This document shows, in pieces, positions 54,346 to 64,000 of a DNA stretch of 64,000 nucleotides. Origin of the DNA: Chiloscyllium plagiosum (taxonomy: Eukaryota); contig NC_057719.1 in the NCBI RefSeq assembly GCF_004010195.1, positions 61,480,379 to 61,544,378 on the forward strand. Direction: 5' to 3'. The stretch's first letter is position 1. Each line of letters begins with the position of its first letter. The position numbers were made by a program, and so were the translations under genes. Below the pieces are notes generated by a model. It saw only the letters and a program-made list of their open reading frames with translations, did no database searches and had not been told where the DNA came from.

Positions 54346-55834
54346 TGATGAGTACTTATATGAAGGTCAAGCCTTGCCATCTCCCCTTACCACACCAAAT
54401 AAGATCAATCAGGATGGGTGCATGACTTCCATATCCAAGTCCCACCTGCCAATCCTTAAACTTCAAGGAGCCTCCACAACTTTGTGAAAATCTGAGCCGA
54501 GGTTTCAGGCCATCTGCTTTCATCAAAACTGTGAATTTCTTGTCCACTTAATCACGATTGTGCCATCTTTCCTCCCTCCCTTTTTGAAACATGTCTATTC
54601 TTCTTTATCACTTTCCATCTTCCTGCCTGTCTTCATAACTACATTCCTGAAAGTCTTCTGTTCTCTGTTCTTTGAAAGACAGATCCAACCACTTAATTGT
54701 CTCAATTTCTGGTCTTTACTGTTCCCTGTGCTCATTGGCATTGTTTGTGACTCTTTCTGTTGAATTACTGTTCATGTTATGGTTGAAATATTCATTATGT
54801 TTGTCAAAAACCATCCCCTTCACTCATGAATTGTCCTCAATGTCCTGTAGTGGGACTATCAATAATGGGTGATGATGGTGGTAGACACTGCAAACTAGGA
54901 GAGTTAATTAATCAAATAGGCCCCTTCCTTCAGGAAACAGTGTTTTTTGCAAGCTGAGGAATTAGTGCTAGGTACCATGAGACAAAGAAAAGATGTCAGC
55001 AAGGAGCTGACAGGGTCCAGGATTTGTGAATATGGTGTCTGGAAGCCTCTGATGGTGACTGGAGAAGCAAGAGGGGAAATTGGAGCACGCATGCAGCTCT
55101 TGGATACCTATTTGGACCGACTGGTAACACTGATGATTCTGAGAAGCATATTGGCGAGAGACAGAGAAGAACAGTGACCACAGTGACCAATAGTGTCGAG
55201 AGCTGGGAAATGGTAATGGGTCAACAGTTACTGGAGACCAGCTGTGTAATTTAGACAAAACCTGAGTTCAAGAGGCTATGAGGAGGGGACAGTCCCCTTT
55301 GTGTCTGGGAGGCAACATAATCTGCATTGTGTGATCACACGAAGTTGGCATTTGGAGTTCCACCAATTGAACTCTATTCCTTGCTGACAAGAGGTCAGGA
55401 GTTAATATTTACATTAGTATGCAGATTGGGCAAATGTCCACTGTAAACTGTTCATTCTCCTGCATTACATTTTTCCATTCATATTTGTAAAGATTCATTG
55501 ACAGTGGAATAAATAATTCCTGCTTGATAATCTTCATGCTGCGTGTGCTTAAATTGCATATCCATCTGAACTTTGGGCATCTGGTCATGAAGGCTGAGGT
55601 AGGCTAGAGGCTGACATTTTTTGGATGTCAAAATGAAGAATGGTGAGTCTTATGAGTATTGGACCCAAAAATATCCATTTCAACCCTGTATGAGGAGTGC
55701 CTGGTGGAATAATGCATACATTGCCGGATTCTTCTGGGTAGATATTTTCTTAAACAACTTGTTCAAGGACATGATTACCTCATCTGAAACATGTGGGACT
55801 TGAACCCTGGTCTCCTGGATCCTCCAAGACATTT

Positions 55835-57960
55835 ATATATATACTAAGAGCAAGACAATTACCAGGGAAAGTGTGGGGCCTGTTATAGACCAAAGGGTCA
55901 ATTGGTGCATGGAGCCACAGGATATGGGTGAAGTCTTAAATGAATATTTCTCATCTGTATTCACAAAGGAGAAAGCAATGTAGCTGGAAATTTCAGTTGG
56001 GATACTTCGCAGGCCACAGGTGAAGTATCAGATGACTGGAAGATACTTGATGTGGCTCCTTTGTTCAAGACGGTCAGCAGGGATAGGCCAGGTAATTATA
56101 GACCAGTTGGTCCGATGTCAGTGGTAGGGAAATTATTGGGAAAAATTCTGAAGGACAGGATTAATCACCAATTGGAAAGGCATCGAATAATCTGTAGATA
56201 GTCAGCATGGATTTGTTGGAGGAAGATCATGACTAATTTAATTGAGATTTTTTGAAAGGCTACTAAATAGATTGATGGAAGTGGTGCAGTTGATGTGGCT
56301 TACATAGATTTCAGTAAGTTCTTTGACAAGGATCTACATGGAAGGCTGGTCCAAAAAGGTAAGAACCCATGGGGTCCAAGGCAAGTTGACAAACTGGATC
56401 CAAAATTGGCTTTCAAATAGGAGCAAAGGGTAATTGTTGAAGGTTGTTTTAGTGATTGGAAATCTGTCACCATAGTGTACCACAGGGATTAGTGCTGGGA
56501 GCCTTGCTGTTTGTTATATACATTAACAACTTGGATGTGAATGTAGGAAGATATAAACAGCAAGGGACCCAGCAGCAAATCCTGCAGTTTGCCACTTGAC
56601 ACAAGGTTCTAGTCACAAAAACAATATTCAACCATTACCCTCTGCCGCTGTAACTAAACCAATTTTGATCCAAATTGCAACTTCACCTGGATTCCATGGC
56701 CTCTTACCTTCTTGCTATTTAGGCAGAGGGATGGGATACAGAGTGGAGGTACAGTTGGGGGTGATCTGTGGACAGGTATTGAATAAAAACGTGGTGTGGA
56801 AAACAGATAGTATGTACTTAAATCAAGGCACAAGGGAACATGGCAAGGGTGAGATGACATTTATTGTAACACAAGGATTCTGCCCCGTGAGGCAGGTTAT
56901 GAGTATATGAGAGGCAAGAGGATAACCAGGGGAAAAGGAGCACCCAATTCGGAAGAAAGTAGTATGTGAGGCTTGTAAAAAGCCTGACTACATCAACTAC
57001 GATATCGTTACCTGCACGCTGAATCATTGCCATGAAAAATTCAATTAAAATTTATTAAATATGATTTCCCTACGATTCCCTACGAGACAGCCATGCTGAC
57101 TAACCTTGATTAATCTTGACTTTCCAAAGGGATATTAATTCTGTACCTCAGAATTTTTTCCGATAGTTTCATGACCACTAACACTAGCCTCCCTAAGCTA
57201 TAATTTCCTGATTTATCCTTGCCTTCCTTCTTGAATAATACCATATTAGTTTTCATCCAATCCTTTGGCATGCCTCCTAGGTGGCTAGAGAGGATTTGAA
57301 ATTAATGTCAGAGTCCCTGCAATCACCTACCTTGTCTCCCACAGCAGCCTGGAATACATCCCTTTAGGGTCTGGGAATTTATTCATGATTAAGCCCTTGA
57401 TAACCTCTAATATATTCTGCAATGCTAATTTGTTCATCTCTATCCCAGTTGCTTCCTTGATTTTGTCTTTCTCTATAATAAATAGAAATTCAAAGTATTC
57501 ATTTAATATCTCATATTATGAGCTCCACACTCATATTACTACTTTGGATCCTGTTGGATGCTACTCTTTCTCTTGTTATCCTCTTAGTCCTCATATACTC
57601 ATAACCTGCCTTACTCGGCGGACTCATTGTGTCACAATAAATGTCATCTCGCCCTTGCCATGTTCCTTTCTGTCTTGATTTAAGTACATACACTCTGCCT
57701 TCCCAACTTATTTTTTGTTCTATACCTGTCCACAGATCACCCCAACTCTACCCCCACTCTGTATCCCATCTGTCTGCCTAATTAGCTTAAAGTTCAACTA
57801 ATGGCATGATCACTAGCACCATTCCCACTCATCCAGCACCATAATGGTGTTGGTCCCAATGGTGCAATTTATTAGACTTAAAGAGGTCCCATGATCCAGA
57901 AGTCTAAAGCCTTCTCTCCAGCACCAACTCTCAGCGATGCATTCATCTGCTTTATCAGAC
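55835..57960. mobile_element. Rearranged CR1 cluster with segments in alternating orientation
   Basis: 55835-56550 plus (NYRPV, DFSK.FDK, VPQG.VLG); 56551-56715 minus; 56716-56950 plus; ~57050-57960 minus. Confidence 0.8.
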
Positions 57961-59294
57961 TATTCCTTCAATAACCCACATTTACTTACAAGAAGGGGGC
58001 TTGCCTGTAACACTTATTTTCATATCGCAGTGAGAACATGTAGCTTTTCAAAGTTGAATGAGGACATTTGTATCTTTTCACATCATTAAATCTTTATCAT
58101 ATACCTGATGTTATTATCAGAAGAAAGGTCTTGCATGAAGTGGGTTATGGAGAATAACTACTGTATTCTGCTTTGGGCTAATTTTAATTCATACTGTCTG
58201 AGAGAATAAAGCAATACATTTTGATAAAAGTAATATTTGAATTAGAATTAAGTTCTAATTAAGTTGATTTGTATTGTGAATATTTGGACTTTTTAAAAAA
58301 CTTTTATTACCCAGGAGTCTTAAAGTGAATATATACATTGATTGTTAACATGCACTTATATTTTATATACACTGTATAGTTTGTAAATATTGCCTGCTTT
58401 GCAATGCTCCACATCAGTTTTATATTGTATAATTTTCAGGTTACATGCAACTTTACCTCTTGTTTAAAATAAAAAGTAACTCTGCCAAGTATCAAGACTC
58501 ACTAGTAAAAACACACTCCCCAGCAGTCAGCCTTTAAAAATGAATGGTCACTGGTAATGTTTTTGATTTAATTTGTTACTCTCATCAATTCAGTACATCT
58601 GAAAGTGGTGAGCTCAGAACGTCAGTAATGTGGACAGGACTGGATATATCCCTCTATCCTGAACGAATGAGAAAAGAAAATATTGTAAAATTTCCTATTA
58701 AATGAGTGAGAAATCATCAAGATAACAGATACAAACAATGAAGAAGAGGATGGTCGCATAAATAATTGATACTTTGGGAAACCAATCATGAGACAGTAGG
58801 AAGAGAATCTCTACTACTGTTAAAGAAATCAACCTATAATTTGGAACATATCAATTTAGTTAACCTGAGATTAATAACAAACTATTCATTACTCATGCAC
58901 TAACAAGCCAATTAGAGTTTAGGATGTTTCTTACCATGCACAGAGCAATGGCAGTAAGGCATGGTTCTTAGTGGTACAGTGTGTGGAAAGAAGACAGGAA
59001 ACAGAAGGAGAACTTCATTCAAGCTGGAAATAGAGAGCCAGTATTCCATGGTGAATTGACTAAATGCACTGCCTCATTAAGTATCAAATCTTTTGTGCTT
59101 GTTTCAATAAACATTGCTATCAACAATGTAGACTCTAGTATGCTACCTGTCCCCTCTCATGTGATTACTCAGCAAGCATTCATTGTGTGACACATCCAAT
59201 TACTAAGCAGAGAAATATGTACTGCTCATGATGTGGGGAAAGTTCGGAGCAGAAAGGCTTATTAGGCTTTTACTGCAGGGGCCAGTGTCTTTGA

Positions 59295-59870
59295 TTCTTT
59301 CTCATGAGATGTGGGCCATGTCAGCATTTATTTGTCATCTCTAAATGCCCTGGAGAAAGTGGTGATGAGGTGCCTTCTTGAACTGCTGCAGTATTTGGAG
59401 TACAGACATCAATATGTATTAGGGATTTCTAGGATTTTGCCTCAGCGAGATTGAGGAACAGCAATTTAGCTGCGGGTCAGGATGATTTTAACTTGGAAGG
59501 GAACTTGCAATGGTGTTCCTATGTATCGATACATTAGGTGATCAAGATCAAGGCTTGGAGGCGCTGTCTAAGGAGAATTGGTGAATTATTGCAGTGCATT
59601 TTTGCCAATGGCACACACTGTGCATCAGAAGTGAGAGGAGAGAAAATTGAAAGTGGTGTATGGTGTGCCAGTCAAGAAGGTTTGAGTACTTTTGATGTTG
59701 ATCTTATCCAGCCAACAGCAGAGTATTCCGTCATACTCCTGACTTGTGTCTTGTAAATAGTAGATAGGCATCAGAAGGACAACAGATGAGTTATCCAGTG
59801 CAGAATTATCTCATCTATAGCCTGCTCTTGTAGCTACAATATTTATATGGTTGGTCCAGTTCCTGCAATG
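59295..59870 (-). mobile_element. LINE 3' end (same family as 5095-5665)
   Basis: Shared blocks such as CTTGTAGC.AC...TTTAT and GG.GCTGTCT; its 3' tail resembles the tail of the SINE at 10420-10745. Confidence 0.6.
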
Positions 59871-60039
59871 CTGGCCATGGAAGATCAAAGGGCAAGACTA
59901 GATTCTTAGATAATTAGGAAGAGAAATAGAGTTAACATGTCAAGTATGACTCTTCTTCAGAACTAAAAAGAAAATTATGCTTTTTATGCTTTGGGCAGAG
60001 GAACATGGAGCCGCAATTTGACCTTGACAATCCATGATA

Positions 60040-60695
60040 TTCTTCTGCACCCAGTTAGCATCTACTTGAACTAGGTGTTAAGTAGGTCCTGTCTTGTGCA
60101 TGTGATGCACTGGCCTCTGTCATCCACAAGAAGGGCATCTTCCAGTTCAATTTCTTCAGAAGACTGCTCCTATTTCCCCAGCTCCTCAATGTCTATCACA
60201 CCACCTTCTTTCCTGTTCTATTTGTGCGGAACCCGGCATGGGAGGATGATGCAGCACAGACCTTTTGGGCTTTATTGGAGGTCCTCCCCAGACCATTCCA
60301 AGCTGCAGAACTGAAACTTCACCAGTGACTGTCTGGTCCACCATAGACTTGGTGCACCAATTTGGTGAAGGTGCATGTTGGCTTAGTGATTAATACAATA
60401 CATCTAAAAGGGAATGCCTGTTGTGTTCCAAGACCACCCCAATCATTCCGTTTTGCATGGCATGAATTATCTGTCAGGACACTTGCAAGTTTCACAAGTA
60501 ATAAGGTGTGTTGGACCAGGAATTGCCACCTTTCAAGATATTGCATCACTGAGATTACAATGTTAGATTACAGTGGCATGGTGTAATCGACCTTTTCCAA
60601 CATTTGATGCAAAAGTGAATTCCCTATCCGTGGTCACTTTCACAGCCACTGATAATCTTGTTGTTGCCCAATTCTGAGATAATTATTGTATGATT
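60040..60695 (-). mobile_element. Decayed Harbinger (HARBI1-like) transposase fragment
   Basis: Minus-strand frames give LSVAVKVT...FAS, then TKSMVDQTV/VKFQFCSLEWSGEDLQ*SPK and IILPCRVPH followed by an acidic tract. Confidence 0.55.
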
Positions 60696-60699
60696 AAGG

Positions 60700-60800
60700 G
60701 CTTCCTGATGAAGGGCTTTTGCCCAAGATGTCGATTTTCCTGCTCCTCGAACACTGTCTGACCTGCTATGCTTTTCCAGCACTACTCTAATCTTGACTTC
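60700..60800 (+). mobile_element. PLE family A fragment
   Basis: CCTGATGAAGGGCTTTTGCCCAAGATGTCG (decayed core) followed by the family A body. Confidence 0.7.
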
Positions 60801-60807
60801 AATCTTT

Positions 60808-61925
60808 AACCTAATCTCTCATGGTAGACTGGTTCCAAGGTTACATCATATGGAATACAGGGAGAACCAGCCATTTGGATACAGAACTCACCTGAAGGTA
60901 GAAGACAGAGGGTGCTAGTGGAGGGTTGCCTTTCAGACTGGAGGCCTGAGACCAGTGATGTGCCATAAGGATCAGTGCTGGGTCCACTGTTTTTATAATT
61001 TCTATAAATGATTTGGATGTGAACATAGGAGATATAGTTAGTAAGTTTGCAGATGACACCAAAATTGGATGCGTAGTGGACAGCAAAGAAGGTTACCTCA
61101 AAATACAATGGGATCTTGATTAGATGGTTCAATGGGCCGATGAGGGGCCGATGAGTGGCAGATGGAGTTTAATTTAGATAAATGTGAGGTGCTGCATGCA
61201 TTTTGGAAAGGCAAATCAGGCCAGGAATTATACACTTAATGGTAGGGTCCTGGGGAGTGTTGTTGAACAAAGAGACCTTGGAGCAGGTAGTGTAGTGTAG
61301 AAGACATTTGGTATGCTTTCCTTTATTGGTCAGATCGTAGAGCATAGGAGTTGAAAAGTCATGTTGCAGCTGTACTGGACATTGGTTAGACCAGATCTGG
61401 AATTCTGGTCTTGTCCCTATCGGAAAGATGTTGTGAAACTTGAAATGGTTCAGAAAAGATTTACAAGGATGTTGCCAGGATTGGAAGGTTTGAACTAGAC
61501 GGAGAGCTGAAAGGCTGGGGCTGCTTTCCCTGGAGCTTTGGAGGCTGAGGGTTGACCTTATAGAGGTTTATAAAATCATGAGGCGCATGGATAGGGTAAA
61601 TAGACAAGGTCTTTTCTCTGGGGTGCGCGAGACCATAACTAGAGGGCATAGGTTTAGGTTGAGAGGGGCAAGATTCAAAAGGGACTTAAGGGGCAACTTT
61701 TTCACGCAGAGGGAGGTGGGTGTTTGGAATTGGCTGCCAGCAGTAGTGTTGTGACTGATACAATTACAACATTTAAAAGGCATCTTGATGGGCATATGAA
61801 TGGGAAGGATTTAAAGGGATATGGGATAAGTGGTAGCAAATGGGACTAGATTAGTTTATGATATCTGGTTGGCATGGAGGAGTTGGACTGAAAGATCTGT
61901 TTCCATGCTATATATCTCTATGATT
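60808..61925 (+). mobile_element. CR1 LINE 3' part, same subfamily as 18894-21820
   Basis: Colinear with the reverse complement of ~18894-20190; SKFADDTKIG motif; ends ATCTCTATGATTC. Confidence 0.92.
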
Positions 61926-62240
61926 CCAATCATCTGGTCTCTCTGTTGCCTGTGGTTCTGTGGCTACTGTGCACAGTACCAATAGGATGCACTGTAATCA
62001 TGTGTCAAGGTTTCTTTACCGGTTGCAGGACTTTGCTGGGTATGTGCGCATGTCGCAGAACAACAAAGGCATGGATTTTGTGATTCTACGGCATTCAAAC
62101 TTCCTCAGAAATGAAGAGTCATATCAGGCTCAAAACAGCAACACTTTTTTATGCTCCACATATGCTAACAGATCTGCAGAGTTTATTCCACATTTTCTAT
62201 GTTCTTTTGCCATTAACCTTTGCTAGTTTTGGTTCAGAAT

Positions 62241-63577
62241 TAAAAAACACACAATACCAGGTTATAATCCAACAGTCATGATTTGGAGATGCCGGTGTTG
62301 GACTGGGGTGTACAAAGTTAAAAATCACACAACACCAGGTTATAGTCCAACAGGTTTAATTGGAAGCACACTAGCTTTTGGAGCGACCCTCCTTCATCAG
62401 GTGATTGTCACAATCACTATAACCTGGTGTTGTGTGATTTTTAACTTCATAATCCAACAGGTTTATTTGAAAACACTAGCTTTTGGAGCGCTGCTCCTTC
62501 ATCAGGTGGTTATGGAGAATAAGATCATGATCACAGAATTTATAGCCAAAGGAGTCCACTGTCATGGAGATGGGATACAATAAACAATTTTAGATTAAAT
62601 ATTTCATCATTTAGAATGGGATGTGCTGGTTTCTGTTCTTTGATATGTAAATCTCAGAACTTCTTTTAAATTACATTCTCAAGGTAGTTCAGCTTTTCTC
62701 ATAATAGGTGTGACGTCTGCATGTGTCCCAATGTTGGGTCAGGTTGAGAAGTCCTCTGCATAGTTTTACATCAATTCATGTAAAACTTTATGGATTCATG
62801 TAAAACATTACATGAACCCACGCAAAACTCTGTAAAACTATGGAGACGGTTTGTCAGTCTGACTCAACACTGGGACACAGACAGACTTCTCACCTATTGT
62901 AAGAAAAGCTGAGCTATCTTGAGAATGATTTGGAGGTGCTGGTGTTGGACTGGGGTGGGAGTTGAAAAATGTAGTGCTGGAAAAACACAGCAGGCCAGGC
63001 AGCATCTGAGGAGCAGGAGAATCGACGTTTCACCCTCACCACCTTCCACCTATCGTGTTCCCAGCGCCCCTCCCCCCTACCTTTTATCTCAGCCCGCTTG
63101 GCACACCAGCCACATTCCTGAAGAAGGGCTTATGCTCGAAGCGTCGATTCTCCTGCTCCTCGGATGCTGCCTGGCCTGCTGTGTTTTTCCAGCACCACAT
63201 TTTTAACTCTGATCTCCAGCATCTGCAGTCCTCACTTTCTCCGAGTTGGACCGGGGTGGACAAAGTTAAAATCACACAACACCAGGTTATAGACTAACAG
63301 GTTTATTTGGAAGCACGGCCTTTCAGAGCGCTGCTCCTTCTATTCATATTCTAAAAGATGAAAGATTATATCTAACATTGTTTAATGTATCCCAACTCCA
63401 TGAAGTGGACTCCTTTGGCTATAAATTCTGTGATCATGATCTTATTCCCCATAATCACTTGATGAAGGAGCAGTGCTCCAAAAGCTAGTGCTTCCAAATA
63501 AACCTGTTGGACAATAACCTGGTGTTGTGTGACTTTTAACTTTGTCCATCCCAATCCAACATCAGCACCTCCAAATC
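62241..63577. mobile_element. Nested cluster of PLE fold-back elements (families A and B)
   Basis: Outer TSD TTGGTTCAGAAT (62229-62240 / 63578-63589). Inner TSDs ATAATCCAACAG (62264-62275 / 62449-62460) and GTTGGAC(T/C)GGGGTGG (62944-62958 / 63245-63259). Confidence 0.88.
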
Positions 63578-64000
63578 TTGGTTCAGAATAGCATCCATGT
63601 CTCAGGTTCTGCAGATTTCGATGCCACCACCAGGAGTATCATTGTTTTTTAGGTAAATATCCTGGCATTTTCCTTTTAACAGTCCCCTAAACTACCAAAG
63701 TAACATCACAGAAGTCCGTGCTGGAAAAGTGCAATTTTCCTTATTTACCTTCAGTTGAATAGAAACCTGGCATCTCTGGGATCTGCCCAAAATTCCAAAC
63801 TATTATTGCACTGTGTGTAAAAATATTTCCAACCATCCCTTTTGATGTTCTATGAATTAGTTAAACCCATGTTCCCAAGTTCTTGACTCCCCAAATAGCA
63901 ATAAGTCCTCTCTAACTTCCCTTTCTCATCTTTAATTCCTCAATAGCTTTGATCAAATTGATCCTTAACATTCTATATCCTAGGAATAATACCCTAATTT

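Noticed and set aside
54350..55450. Cluster of overlapping short ORFs
   Set aside because: No recognisable protein motif or consistent splice signals; probably an unidentified decayed repeat.
34404..62448. Recurring AAAATCACACAACACCAGGTTATAGTCC units as a CRISPR array or microRNA hairpins
   Set aside because: They are dispersed, not regularly spaced, and flanked by TSDs in eukaryotic DNA; PLE fold-back insertions explain them.
31260..64000. Preceding AKAP6 exon (expected to contain roughly ...RQHSWIL...)
   Set aside because: No convincing match with splice sites; presumably beyond the window.

Overview
Vertebrate genomic DNA, probably a shark (inferred from the HE1/V-SINE, DeuSINE-like and CR1 repeat content). 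It lies inside AKAP6 (mAKAP), which is transcribed on the minus strand. Only two coding exons are visible: 31111-31259 (149 nt) and 25138-25258 (121 nt). They have canonical GT-AG sites and splice in frame to GEIQLINIETRRDAVEQMSLKLYSEQY...SLLDFESEYQELWDWLIDMESIVIDSHDLMMSEEQQQHLYK. The rest is intron filled with decayed mobile DNA: CR1 and other LINEs, an inverted RTE, tRNA-derived SINEs, a Tigger/pogo transposon split by a CR1, a Tc2-like element, Harbinger remnants, and a 500-N gap. The most notable signal is at least three families of Penelope-like element (PLE) terminal repeats, each carrying a minimal hammerhead-ribozyme core (CUGANGA-A-stem-GAAA-palindrome). Many are inserted as short fold-back inverted repeats with one 34-40 nt unpaired tail and 12-15 bp target-site duplications (TSDs), and one site at 62.2-63.6 kb is nested several layers deep. 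Repeat boundaries were read by eye and are approximate unless a TSD or TIR is quoted. All family assignments are from motif recognition; no database search was run.
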